Assembly: GCA_963751345.1 (NCBI GenBank)
Contig: CAVVUS010000018.1
Coordinates: 224,001-288,000 of the forward strand
Length of the DNA: 64,000 nucleotides
Source of the DNA: an uncultured Chloroflexia bacterium
Lineage (GTDB): Bacteria; Chloroflexota; Anaerolineae; B4-G1; SLSP01
Direction: 5' to 3'
Numbering within the stretch: position 1 is the first letter of the stretch; each line of letters begins with the position of its first letter. The notes under the pieces were generated by a model. That model did no database searches and was not told where the DNA came from. It worked only from the letters and a program-made list of their open reading frames with translations. The position numbers and the translations under genes were made by a program. This document shows, piece after piece, positions 25,982-36,487 of this stretch.

Positions 25982-26802
25982 TCATATCGGTTTCCAGCCG
26001 ACGACCTCCACGTGGACGTTGGCGAAGAAGGCGTCGGGGTGCTCGCCCCAGGCACGGATGGTCATCTTCAGGCTCCTCGACGGTAGCGGAATTCGCCCCA
26101 GCCATTGTCGACGATAGCCCGGCCAAAGGGCCCATCGAGCAGGGAGATCGTGATCTCCGCATGAGAGCGGACTGACGCGGGGTCTCCCTTGGTGTCGGCG
26201 GAGACGCTCTTGAGGGTGCCGGTGAAGCCGGCTTCGCGCAGAATCCCCGGAAGCCGCCTGCCGAGGGTGATGTCACTTCCTCTGCTCTGCTGCCACGCGA
26301 TCATCAGCCTGTCCAACTCCTTGATGGCGTCGGTCCGATGGCCCCACACCACGGCTCCACGTCGACGTCGCGCGCAGCAAAGAAGCCGCCCGGCTTGAGC
26401 ACGCGCATGCATTTCCGCTCGCCGCCCGCCCGGCATGCCTGCGAGAGGTGGACAAGCACGTTGTTCTCGAAGGCGGCGTCGAAGGTACCGTCCTCGAAGG
26501 GCAGCAGGAGCGCGTCCCCGATCTGGAAGATCACGTTGGGCGATCCTCCAGTGCTGCAGCCAGCGCGCTGCGCCGCTTCGACGTGCGGCGCGTCGTGATC
26601 GATCCCGGTCACGTGGCCGGGAGCCACCGCCTCGGGCGAGCCCGAGGGTGATAGTGCCGGGCCCACAGCCAATGTCCAGCAGATTCATTCCCGGACGCAG
26701 GTAGGGCGCGACGAATGCGGCTTGTCGATCTGCCGTCCTGTCCGCGTAATCCCGACTCAGCCCCGGCGTCACGCCATGTGCGCGCTCCTCCTGTGGTGCC
26801 AT
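25982..26802 (-). CDS. UbiE-like class I SAM methyltransferase (several frameshifts)
   Basis: LRPGMNLLDIGCGPGTIT; GDALLLPFEDGTFDA; RVLKPGG; C-terminus AWGEHPDAFFANVHVEVVGWKPI*; AGGAGG RBS. Confidence 0.75.
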
Positions 26803-26991
26803 TGGGCATACCTCCTCTTACGGCCAAACCAGATTGCAGAATGCGTCCAAATGTGTGCTCATGATGCAAGCTTGAGTGTGCTTGTCAAGCCGCCGGCCCA
26901 CGAACTATTGACCCAAAGGCCATTCTTGATAGACTATCCGCAGACGTATGCATCTTGTTGGTGATGGCTGCGAATACCGTGGGGGTGCTGC

Positions 26992-27708
26992 ATGGCGGGT
27001 GAGGACTTGACCGAACGCAGAAGGGTTGACGAGGCGCTGGCCCGGCGAACTCAAGAACTGGAAGCGCTGAACGAAACCCACCTCGCGCTTCTGCACGAGA
27101 TGAACCACCGGGTCAAGAACAATCTATCTGTTATCCTCGGCCTGATCTACACCGAGAAGCGATACATCAGTCGGGAAGATCCCCCGTGCTGCGAGGCCAT
27201 TCTTGATGATCTCGCGTGCCGGGTGCGCAGCATGGCTGCAGCCTACTCGATGCTGTCGGCGAGCCAGTGGCAGCCGCTGGCACTCAGTGGATTGGCTGAA
27301 GAGGTGATCGACGCTGCGATATCGACGGCGCCAGATTTGCAGGAGGTCGTCGTAGAGGTGAGCCCCTCGCAGGTGCACATACTCCCCGAACAGGCCCATC
27401 ATCTGGCGCTGGTGCTAGGTGAGTTGGCGACGAACACCGTAAAGTACGGATGTCACGAAGGGGCGCTGAGGGTCAAGATCGATACGTTCCTTGAGGATGG
27501 GCAGATTCATCTCGTCTACGCTGACGCCGGTCCGGGTTACCCGCCTGAGGTCCTGGCAGGCGCCTATTCGGTGGGTCTCGAACTGCTGAACACAGTGGTC
27601 ACCCTGAGCCTGCGCGGTACGTGGGCTATTCATAACGACGATGGGGCGGTAACCGATCTGCGTTTTCCCGCCGGCCTTGAAGAGAACCGGGACTTGGGCG
27701 ATGAGTAG
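26992..27708 (+). CDS. Soluble HisKA_2/HWE-type histidine kinase
   Basis: HEMNHRVKNNL, ELATNTVKYG, DAGPG. Confidence 0.88.
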   Translation: MAGEDLTERRRVDEALARRTQELEALNETHLALLHEMNHRVKNNLSVILGLIYTEKRYISREDPPCCEAILDDLACRVRSMAAAYSMLSASQWQPLALSGLAEEVIDAAISTAPDLQEVVVEVSPSQVHILPEQAHHLALVLGELATNTVKYGCHEGALRVKIDTFLEDGQIHLVYADAGPGYPPEVLAGAYSVGLELLNTVVTLSLRGTWAIHNDDGAVTDLRFPAGLEENRDLGDE

Positions 27709-28759
27709 CCAGCAGAAGGGCCGCGTGCTGATTGCCGAGGATGATGGCTTGGTCGCCGAGATGATCCGGGGGATACTGGAGGATGAGGACTACCAGGTCG
27801 AAGGTATCGTAGGGGATGGGCTCGCAGCATTGGAGGCGGTGGCACGCCTTCAGCCCGATGTCGTCGTGATGGATCTCCGGATGCCGGAGATGGATGGGAT
27901 TGAGACCACTCGCCGGATCCAGCAAATCCGTCCTACTCCCGTGGTTATGCTGACGGCCTACGACAGTATGCAGTTGACGTCCGAAGCTGCCGCAGCCGGC
28001 GTAGGGGCCTACCTGGTGAAGCCTCCCAACGGGCGCGATCTGGCCCGCGCCATCACCGTGGCGCGGGCGCGCTTCGAGGAGGCGCAGAGCCTGGACGCCT
28101 TTGCGCATACGGTAGCTCACGATCTGAAAAGCGCCATGACGCCCATTCTGTGCGTTGCCGAGCTGCTGAGTGAAGACCTTGAGGTGACCTCGGTGGAAAG
28201 CGCGCGGCAACAATTGGACATGATTGCTGAGAGTGGCTACAAGTTGGGGCGTATGGTCGACGATCTGTTGATGTTGGCAGAGATACGCTATCGGGATGTG
28301 ACGCCGCGACCCCTCGATATGGCCCCCATTGTGCAGGAGGCGCAGAGCCGATTGGCATCTGTCGCCGACCGACTGGGCGCTACCATGGATGCACCGTCGA
28401 CGTGGCCGACGGTTCTTGGTCGCGAGTCCTGGGTGACGGAGGTGTGGGTTAACTATCTCAGCAATGCACTCAAGTATGGTGGCAGGCCGCCGGAACTGAC
28501 CTTGGGGTGGAACAAGCCTTCCTCAGATAAGGCGCACGTGCGCTTCTGGGTGCGCGATAACGGCAGTGGGCTCACATCAGAGGAGCAGGCACAGCTCTTC
28601 GCGCGCTACACTAGACTGCGGCCCACGGAGGCGGACGGTCACGGGTTGGGTCTGTCCATTGTGCAGCAGATCGTGAGGAAACTTGGCGGCAGCGTCGGCG
28701 TCGAGAGTCAGGTAGATCGAGGCTGTACGTTCTGGTTTACGCTGCCTGTCGTCCCCTGA
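27701..28759 (+). CDS. Hybrid receiver-histidine kinase
   Basis: REC domain (IAEDD, MDLRMPEMDG, YLVKP) plus HDLK, NYLSNALKY, DNGSG and GLGLSIV. Confidence 0.9.
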   Translation: MSSQQKGRVLIAEDDGLVAEMIRGILEDEDYQVEGIVGDGLAALEAVARLQPDVVVMDLRMPEMDGIETTRRIQQIRPTPVVMLTAYDSMQLTSEAAAAGVGAYLVKPPNGRDLARAITVARARFEEAQSLDAFAHTVAHDLKSAMTPILCVAELLSEDLEVTSVESARQQLDMIAESGYKLGRMVDDLLMLAEIRYRDVTPRPLDMAPIVQEAQSRLASVADRLGATMDAPSTWPTVLGRESWVTEVWVNYLSNALKYGGRPPELTLGWNKPSSDKAHVRFWVRDNGSGLTSEEQAQLFARYTRLRPTEADGHGLGLSIVQQIVRKLGGSVGVESQVDRGCTFWFTLPVVP

Positions 28760-28934
28760 GGGCAGTGGGTTACATACTCCCCACTTTGCGGAACGAACCC
28801 ATCTTTGCGACCGTAGACCCATCTCCAGAAGGCGATGTCCTGATAGGAGTAGCCGCTGGCGGAGTCCGCTGCGATATGGTATGCTGGACCCTGCAAACTA
28901 CCTGCTCCCTCGTGGTTAAGGAGGACGTTGCCCA

Positions 28935-29600
28935 ATGGGTATAACCTGTGGTATTGCGCGCTCAGCCCGGAATCGTCGCCGTGTTGTGGGGATCCTCGTG
29001 TTTTCCTCGGCTTTGGTTGGCTTGCTATGGCCGGGACTCCCCTCGTTGGCCCAAGCGCGGGTCAGCGCATTGGAAGCGGGCTCTAGGTTGGCCCCCGTCG
29101 CGACACTCCCACCAAGGGTGACCGCGGTACCCCAGCCCGTCACACAGTCCCCCGCGGTTCCAGCGACGGCGATCCACCTGGCTGTGCAGGACAACGATCC
29201 GACCCTTAGTATCGCGGATCTTTGGGCGCAGGTGGAATGGCAGGATAGTGCGGGCGTCTGGCATGCCGTGGAGGGCTGGCAAGGGGCCCTGGTCGACATC
29301 TCCGGGAACGTGGGCAGCGCCACGTGGTACCTCGGCGCCGATGAATTGGGGGCCGGCCCGTTTCGCTGGGGCCTATACGCTGGACGGGGCGGTGCGTTGC
29401 TGTCGAGCAGTGCCCCCTTTGCCCTGCCCGCAACGGAGGGCAGCACGGTGACGGTCGAGATGCAGATGTCACCTCAGCCGCTGCTCCCCCAGAGCGGCGG
29501 CATTTCGATAGCCGCCCTTGTCGCAGCAATGGCAATCGCTGCGGGTGCAATCGTGACCCGCCTCGTGAGTCTCCGCTCTGACCCCCGCCGCGAGGTGTGA
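28935..29600 (+). CDS. Secreted protein with a C-terminal LPxSG sorting-like signal
   Basis: Signal-like N-terminus (...PSLAQA); LLPQSGG followed by a hydrophobic helix and a basic tail (RSDPRREV). Confidence 0.7.
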   Translation: MGITCGIARSARNRRRVVGILVFSSALVGLLWPGLPSLAQARVSALEAGSRLAPVATLPPRVTAVPQPVTQSPAVPATAIHLAVQDNDPTLSIADLWAQVEWQDSAGVWHAVEGWQGALVDISGNVGSATWYLGADELGAGPFRWGLYAGRGGALLSSSAPFALPATEGSTVTVEMQMSPQPLLPQSGGISIAALVAAMAIAAGAIVTRLVSLRSDPRREV

Positions 29601-29648
29601 GACGGTGTCTCTGTCCGGCGGTCGCCTAAGTCACAGAGAGGTCAGCTT

Positions 29649-29945
29649 CTAGGCCGCTTCCTCTTCTTCCGACTTGGCCTCCTCCGGCTCTGCGCTGGCC
29701 AACTTCTCGACGACGATCGATCCGTGGCCGATCAGGGCCGCGATAGCGCCCAGCGCCGCCAGTTGTGGTGCGATGACAGTGCCCACCACGCCCCAGGTGA
29801 GAGGGAGGTCGATCAGGGGGCGTCCATCCTCGTTCTTGATGACGACGCGGCGGACGTTGCCCTTCTGGACGAGCTCTTTGACCTTGGCGAGCATCTTCTC
29901 GCCGCTCACGCGGAACTCCTCGGTGCGAACCTCTTCCTCGCTCAT
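29649..29945 (-). CDS. DUF4342-domain protein
   Basis: EEFRVSGEKMLAKVKELVQKGNVRRVVIKNEDG..LIDLPLT.GVVG. Confidence 0.8.
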   Translation of the reverse strand: MSEEEVRTEEFRVSGEKMLAKVKELVQKGNVRRVVIKNEDGRPLIDLPLTWGVVGTVIAPQLAALGAIAALIGHGSIVVEKLASAEPEEAKSEEEEAA

Positions 29946-30106
29946 GTTAGCTCCTTTCGGTGAAACGAACTTACACCTATTGTACAACGGAAGTGGCGCA
30001 GATGGAACGGGTAGAGGCACAGCATCTCGGGTAATCGTCATCTCCGTGTCACAGGGATGTCATATGGGGATGGTATCCTGTCCATATCTTGATGCAGGAG
30101 GTGAGG

Positions 30107-30786
30107 ATGAGGCCAAGAGAAATCTCCTCGTGGGTGCTCATCGCGCTCGTCGTTGTTGGCAGCCTGGGCTGTGCGCGCGCAACCGGACGGAGCACGGCTT
30201 CGGTACAGCCGATGGTTGGCGCCGGGAAGGTCGCTGGGTCGAACCGCCATCGTGCAGGACCACCGGGTCTGCAGCGACCACACGCGCTGGCCCTCGCCTG
30301 GACGTCAACCAGGGGGCACCCCCGGGGGCGGCGTTCACGATTACGTTGACCGGCGATGGCGTCACGCCGGCGGATCTGCTCGCGGTCGATGATCTCGGCG
30401 ATGTCACGCTCGCTGCCGAGCCGCTTCTGACGGCGGATGATCTCCTGGCCTATGACGTCACCTCGCACGTCTTCACGCTTACGATGGAGGCTGCCGGGCG
30501 GGTGGCTGCGCTGGATGTGCCGACGAATGGTCGCGGCTTTGTCGTGGCGGTGGAGGGCACACCCATCTACGCCGGGGCCTTCTGGGCGCCCTACTCGTCA
30601 CTTTCATACGACGGGGTGGTCATTCTGGTCCTTCCCGGATACTCCGCTGGGGCCGGTTTTCCCTCGGAGAGCGGGACGTTTCGGCTGGAGCTGGGCTATC
30701 CCGGCAGTGGCTTCTTCAGAGGTAGCGATCCACGGTCAGACCCACGGGTCGTCGATGCCCTGGTTGAGCTGGGTATTGCGAGGTAA
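30107..30786 (+). CDS. Hypothetical lipoprotein (frameshifted)
   Basis: MRPREISSWVLIALVVVGSLGC lipobox in one frame; the body (EPLLTADDLLAYD...IYAGAFWAPYSS...DPRSDPRV) is in another. Confidence 0.65.
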
Positions 30787-30869
30787 GATCTCGGCCCTAC
30801 ATTCGCGTCAATAATACCAGGCCAAACACGACACCTCGTGTGACGGCACCTCTTGCCGTAGCTCGAGGT

Positions 30870-30908
30870 CCCATCGGCGGACACTCAACTTGAGTGTCCG
30901 CCGATGGG
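30870..30908. repeat. 39-bp palindrome with 19-bp perfect arms and a 1-nt centre
   Basis: CCCATCGGCGGACACTCAA-C-TTGAGTGTCCGCCGATGGG. Confidence 0.8.
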
Positions 30909-30972
30909 CGTGTCTAGGGCTTCCGTGGTCACCTGGTAAGATCTCAGCTCGATGCCGTGTCAATATAGTACG

Positions 30973-31072
30973 ATGAAGGCTAAGTCCCTCGTCCGGGGGT
31001 CGGAACCCGCCTTTCGACGCCAGGACATCCTTCACCCGGAGCCGGGCTCCTGTAAAGGGGCCCGGTTTCCAA
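30973..31072 (+). ncRNA. Candidate small structured RNA or cis-regulatory leader
   Basis: TATAGT -10 at 30964-30969; nested stems TGAAGG/CCTTCA, GTCC/GGAC, CGTC/GACG and GGGT-CGGA-ACCC; then a 14-bp hairpin with a GTAA (GNRA) loop at 31038-31069. Confidence 0.4.
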
Positions 31073-31126
31073 TGTCAGGTATCGTGCCCGCAGTGGGGCG
31101 GGGGGGGGCGAGGAGGTAGATGACGA

Positions 31127-31925
31127 ATGACGTGGCAATTGCACGAAGGCGATCTCAGGTTTCTGCTGGGGGACCAAGCGGCAGGAGATCCTGATAGGAT
31201 CGCGATGGTGGATGAGGCGTGGTTGGATGGCGTCCTCGAGGACGATACTCTTTTCGATCGCCTCATCGGGGATGACTTACATTTGCTTGGGGTCTCACCG
31301 TGGCTATTTTTCAGCATTCTTCTGAGGCGCGCAAAGCGCGATCTGGTCAGTGAAGCCTTCACGATGGAACGGCGTGCCAACCAGAAGGTCGTCATCTTCG
31401 ACACCGATCAGGTGGTCGAGTTGTTGGATCAGGAGGTCATTCGCGATTACCTCGCCACGTTACTGGCCTCTTTCACGCGGATCGCAGAGCATGACGGTGC
31501 GCGTGAATGTAGGCCGGGGCGTCTGGCGCCGATATAGGACGAACGACCTGGACGTTGAGGGGTTGATGCGCTACGCGGAAGCTGTGGATGAGCCCCTTCG
31601 CTTTGAGCCCTACAAGCGCATCGGCGATGCGTGTCTGTTTATGGTGGGTATGTTCTCCGAGGCGATCGAGACTAAGTATCGTTATGCTGCCAGCCGGCAG
31701 ATCCGTCCCGGGGCAAGAGGCCATCTGCTTCAGAGCCGCGAGGACTATGAGCGGTACGGGCGCGCGTTCTACCAGATGGCGGCAGAACACCGGCGCGCGG
31801 AGGTCGGCGGGCTGGATGCTGTGCTGTCCAAGTTGTCCGACGATTTTATTCTGGCGGAGAAGCCCCTGGCATTCCTGGCTGACCGTTACCTGTGGACCAC
31901 ACGCCACCAGATCTTCAAGTTGTAG
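31127..31925 (+). CDS. Conserved hypothetical all-helical protein (frameshift near 31488)
   Basis: Two overlapping ORFs join as ...LLASFTRI / SMTVRV...YKRIGDACLFMVGMF...YERYGRAFY; GGAGG RBS. Confidence 0.65.
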
Positions 31926-31963
31926 GAATGCCCCGGTCCTGCCGATCGGCAGCGATGGTTGGC

Positions 31964-33523
31964 CTAATGGGCTGATTCGATCAATTCCTGTTTGAGTTCC
32001 CACAGCTTCGACGTGAGAGAGACGTGGTAGAGATGGGGGTTCATGATCCGGCGAACGCCCGGGTAGAGCCGCCCGATGTCGGCCTCACGCCGAGCGCGAA
32101 TCTCCTCGAGCGTGGGGAGCTCACAGACGAGTTTGCCCTCGTTGAGGATCTCAACCAGCAGCGGTTCGATCTCCGAGATGTTCTCCTGACGAAGACCCCG
32201 GTGCGCAGTGTGATCCGTAGGATGGCGCAAAACCAATGGATCCTGTTCGCTGGGTTTCTCGGCTGCCAGACTCAGGAGGTCCGCAACGGCCTTACCGTAG
32301 GTGTCATAGACACGCCAGACGCGCTTGTTGCCGGGATTGGGGATCTTGGTTGGGGTCTCCGATATCTTGATGGCGGGCAGCCATCGACCTCCCGCGGCGT
32401 TCGATCCCCTGTCCTGTATCGCGACCAACTTGTAGACGCCATCCAGCGCGGCGTCACCACCTGAGGTGATGAGGCGCGTGCCGACGCCGTAGACGAGGCG
32501 TCCGATCACAGACTCGGCGTCAAGACCGTTTCGTGGCGCCTCCTCCTGGATCTGGGTGAGGATCTGCAGGATCACCAACTCGTCAAGCTGATTCGACAGC
32601 ACGATGGAGACATCGGAGAAGCCGGCTTCGTTGAGCTGCTTGGCTGCGCGAATCGCCAAAAAAGCCAGGTCCCCGGAATCCAGCCGGATGCCGACGGGCC
32701 GGTGCCCCTTGCGCCTCAGTTCTTCGAAGACCTTGATCGCGTTGGGAACGCCGCTGCCCAATGTGTCGATCGTGTCCACGAGCAGGAGAGAGTCGTCGGG
32801 GTAGATATCGGCGTAGGCGCGGAAGGCATCCAGCTCTGAACCGCCCAGGGCCATAAAGACCTGCACCATGCTGTGGGCATGCGTTCCCTTTGGAGGGAGT
32901 CCGAGCACGTGGGAGATCCCCACGTTCGACGTGAAATCGGCACCTCCAATCAGGGCGGCGCGTGCACCCGCGTTGGCTCCACGCTCCTGTGCCCTCCGCA
33001 GCCCGAACTCCAGGAGAAGCTGGCCCCTGCCGCTTTGCCGGATACGGGCGGCCTTGGTTGCGATGAGAGTTTGGTAGTTCAGGTGGTTCAAGAGGGCCGT
33101 CTCCAGGATCTGGGCCATCGCCAGCGGCCCCTGAACGACGGTCAAAGGAACGTTGGGGTGGACGACTCGGCCCTCGGGGATAGCCTGCAGCGTGATGGCG
33201 TCCATCGTGCCATTTGCCTTGAGCCACTGGAGGAAGTCCTCCGCGAAGAGCGGCGAGTCGTCGCTGCTCCTCTGTCCGCGCAGGTAGTCCAGGTCCTGCT
33301 CGCGGAAGCGGGCGTCCGCCATCCAGTCGAGCAGCCATTCGAGCCCTGCGTTGATGCAGTACCCGGCCTGATGGGAGCCGTAATCCGGGTAGCTGCGGAA
33401 GAAGTGGTCGAACTGGGCCAAGCGCTCGTGCAGTCCCATCCGATAGTAGAGCTGTGCCATCGTCAATTGATACTGGTCTGTGTAGAGGATGCCGTAGGCT
33501 GTAGCTTGCTCCGACCTGTTCAT
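31964..33523 (-). CDS. pncB: Nicotinate phosphoribosyltransferase
   Basis: [51 protein letters not shown]. Confidence 0.95.
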   Translation of the reverse strand: MNRSEQATAYGILYTDQYQLTMAQLYYRMGLHERLAQFDHFFRSYPDYGSHQAGYCINAGLEWLLDWMADARFREQDLDYLRGQRSSDDSPLFAEDFLQWLKANGTMDAITLQAIPEGRVVHPNVPLTVVQGPLAMAQILETALLNHLNYQTLIATKAARIRQSGRGQLLLEFGLRRAQERGANAGARAALIGGADFTSNVGISHVLGLPPKGTHAHSMVQVFMALGGSELDAFRAYADIYPDDSLLLVDTIDTLGSGVPNAIKVFEELRRKGHRPVGIRLDSGDLAFLAIRAAKQLNEAGFSDVSIVLSNQLDELVILQILTQIQEEAPRNGLDAESVIGRLVYGVGTRLITSGGDAALDGVYKLVAIQDRGSNAAGGRWLPAIKISETPTKIPNPGNKRVWRVYDTYGKAVADLLSLAAEKPSEQDPLVLRHPTDHTAHRGLRQENISEIEPLLVEILNEGKLVCELPTLEEIRARREADIGRLYPGVRRIMNPHLYHVSLTSKLWELKQELIESAH

Positions 33524-34431
33524 TCTGCCTCGTTGTCGTTTTCCGGTGTGATGATGGAGACTGCCCGGTGGACAATGTCGACGGTCAGGGCGCCGCGGCC
33601 GAGAAGCTCGCCATCGCCTTGTACAGGGACAGTCCGACTGGGCTCAACGCTGACACTCTTCTTCGCCGTCATACATCGAATGCGCTGCGAGCGTTCCGGG
33701 ACGTCGAAGACAATGTTGAGGGCGGCGATCAGGTAGTCAATGGCTGACCGAGCACGGATGAAGCAGACAGCGATCTCACCGTCATCCAGGCTGATGTCAG
33801 GAGCTAGTTGAAGCGAGGACAGACCGACGGCGCCGCTGTTGGCGATGATCACGTCTGACGCGCGGACCCGATGGGTGGCGCCGCCATCTATCCTGACTTT
33901 GAACTGCACGGGCTGCAGTCCGATTATCGTCCTCACGAAGGTGACGATGTAGGCTAGGAATCCGAACCGATTCTTGTCCTCGCGGCTCGAGTCCTGCATC
34001 ACCTTTGCAGCAAGCCCAACGCTGAGGTTCAGGAGGAAATACCGATCCCGGGCATAGAGTGCGTCGACAACTCGGAGCGCGTGAGGGCCCGTGATTAGCG
34101 CCATTGCTTTCCGCGTGTTGATCGGGATACCCAGGTCGCGCGCCAGCCCATTGGCGGTGCCGGAGGGAACCAAGCCCAACGGAATGTCGCTGTCGACCAA
34201 GCCGCCGGCAGCCCAGCACACCGTGCCGTCACCGCCGGACGCGATGACGACGTCGGGACCTTCGGGCACCTTCTGCTTGACCAGCGACGCAAGATCCTCA
34301 TTCTCCGACGTCTCGTGCACGTCGTAGGCCCACTGCGCCTTATCGAGAGCGTCCTCGATCTGCTCTCGGACAGAGACGCCGTCCCCTTTGCCCGCGGCAG
34401 GATTCATCACGACGAACGCGCGTTGGTTCAT
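33520..34431 (-). CDS. Diacylglycerol/lipid kinase family protein (YegS/DagK)
   Basis: [30 protein letters not shown]. Confidence 0.9.
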   Translation of the reverse strand: MNQRAFVVMNPAAGKGDGVSVREQIEDALDKAQWAYDVHETSENEDLASLVKQKVPEGPDVVIASGGDGTVCWAAGGLVDSDIPLGLVPSGTANGLARDLGIPINTRKAMALITGPHALRVVDALYARDRYFLLNLSVGLAAKVMQDSSREDKNRFGFLAYIVTFVRTIIGLQPVQFKVRIDGGATHRVRASDVIIANSGAVGLSSLQLAPDISLDDGEIAVCFIRARSAIDYLIAALNIVFDVPERSQRIRCMTAKKSVSVEPSRTVPVQGDGELLGRGALTVDIVHRAVSIITPENDNEAE

Positions 34432-35879
34432 ATTGTTTCCTTCCAATCGATGGCTGCGGTAAGGTGAGCGCCAAAGAGTGCGACGGAGGCGCTGAGGTAG
34501 ACCCAGAAGATGAGGGCGACTACGCTGCCCAGCGAGCCGTAGACGAGGTTGTACGTGCTCAAACCGCTGCCGACAAACCAACTGAAGGCTGCCTTTGCGA
34601 GCTCCCACGCCACCGCCGTGACGCCGGAACCCCAAAGTACGGCGCGCCAGCTCGGTTTGGTCGCTGGGACCCAGCGGTAGAGGGCCAGAAAGAGCAGCAT
34701 GCTCAGAGGAACGGGATGAGCTGGGTCAGGACAAGCGACCAGAGCACCGACTTGAAGAACTCAAGCCTGGGATTGGAGAGGTCGAGTCGGGGCAGGAGTC
34801 CCCCGATGGCACTGGCTGCCAATGAGAGAAAGAGCAGCAGCACGAGCACCCCGACCATCGCCAGGGCGGTGAGCCGCTGTTTGAGAAATCCTTGTTCCTT
34901 TGTCTGCGACCAGGCCTGGTTCACGTTCCGCGTGAGCACCGCAAAAGCGCTGGATGCGCTCCAGATCGTGCCGATGAGACTGACGATGCCGATGGTCCCT
35001 CGTCTGTTTCAGCACCGCCTGGAGGTTGTCGCTGATCACGCTGCGCGAGATCGGGATGGCCTGTGAGATGAAGTTCACGGCCTGCTGGAACGCTTGGCTG
35101 CTGTTCAGGTCCCAGACGTAGGTGGCGGCTGTCACCAGGACGAGGAGGAGGGGGAAGAGCGAGAAGAAGAGGTAGTAGGCCAATCCGGCTGCTGCCTCCG
35201 AAGTGTTGGTCTCACCGGCTGGGACCCAACGATACAGGGCCAGAAAGAGCAGCATGCTCAGTAAGAACGGGATAAGCTGGGTCAGGACAAGCGACCAGAG
35301 CACCGACTTGAGGAACTCAAGTCTTGGGTTAAGGAGGTCGAGCCGGGGAAGGAGCCCCCCAACGGCGCTCGCCGCCAGCGAGAGAAAGAGCAGCAGTACG
35401 AGCACGCCGACTATCGCCAGGGCGGTCAGCCGCTGTTTGAGGAATCCCCGCTCCTTTGTCTGCGACCAGGCCTGGTTCACGTTTCGCGTAAGCACCGCGA
35501 ACGCGCTGGACGCGCTCCAGATCGTGCCGATCAGACTGACGATGCCGATGGTGCCTCTCTGTTTCAACACCGCCTGGAGATTGTCGCTGATCACGCCGCG
35601 CGAGATCGGGATGGCCTGTGAGATGAAATTCACGGCCCGCTGAAACGCCTGGCCGCTGTTCAGGTCCCAGACGTAGGTGGCAGCCGTCACCAGCACGAGG
35701 AGGAGGGGGAAGAGCGAGAAGAAGAGGTAGTAGGCCAACCCGGCTGCCGCCTCCGCTGTATTGGTTTCGCCGTAGCGCGCGATCGTGCGCTGCAGGATCT
35801 TCGGCGCCCCGCCGGTCCGCCGGTTGAGCTCCAGGTAGATACGACGGGCACGCGTACGCACTCTCTCGGGAAGCTTCAT
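34428..35879 (-). CDS. YihY/BrkB membrane protein with a 555-bp internal tandem duplication (second copy frameshifted twice)
   Basis: AAAGLAYYLFFSLFPLLL occurs twice; C-terminus YGSLGSVVALIFWVYLSA. Confidence 0.8.
34663..35772. repeat. Tandem duplication, 2 x 555 bp, diverged
   Basis: GGGACCCA at 34666 and 35221, and CCCAGACGTAGGTGGC at 35111 and 35666, both offset by 555. Confidence 0.9.
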
Positions 35880-35895
35880 GTCGAGATCCGTTTGC

Positions 35896-36429
35896 CTATT
35901 CGACTTCCTCGGCCGGCGCCTGACGCGATCTCACAGCGCGACGGCGCCAGAAGACAAAGAGCAGCACGAGTGACGTGACCATCCCGAACCACGTGATCCA
36001 GTAGTCAAACGGAAGCACCCGCCCTGCAAGCTCTTGCTTGCGTGCTTGGAGTTCGTCGACGAAGGCGCGAGCGGCGATCGGATTGTCGATGCGCCCTCCG
36101 ATCAAGGTAATCGCGCCACCCCGCAGGCCGGCCACCCGGACCCAACCGCGGATCGTAAGGACCTCGCCCTCCACCTCCGCATCGATGTCGGCGATGTCGA
36201 AAGGGCCTGTCCCGCGCTCGACCAAGGCCACGGCAAGCGGTCTGAGCCACAGCTCTGTTTCCCTAGCCGCCGCTTCTTCCTCACTGCCGGTCACCTTGGC
36301 GACGGCGGCCTCGATCTGCTCCAGAGGCGCGCCCACGCCGACGGACATCTGGCGGTCGTGCAGCGTGAACGTTACCACCCTCTCGGGGTGATCCACACTG
36401 CGCGCTGTATACGTATATGTGTTTTGCAT
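35896..36429 (-). CDS. Hypothetical protein with a C-terminal membrane anchor
   Basis: 177-aa ORF, AAGGA RBS, terminal TM segment followed by RRR. Confidence 0.7.
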   Translation of the reverse strand: MQNTYTYTARSVDHPERVVTFTLHDRQMSVGVGAPLEQIEAAVAKVTGSEEEAAARETELWLRPLAVALVERGTGPFDIADIDAEVEGEVLTIRGWVRVAGLRGGAITLIGGRIDNPIAARAFVDELQARKQELAGRVLPFDYWITWFGMVTSLVLLFVFWRRRAVRSRQAPAEEVE

Positions 36430-36487
36430 CGTTATTATCCTTTCGCTGTTCTACACTATCGAAAACCTGTGCCCTGAGAGAGGCCAT

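Noticed and set aside
31094-31110. G-run as a phase-variable tract or G-quadruplex
   Set aside because: It is intergenic, and homopolymer lengths are unreliable in this error-prone assembly.
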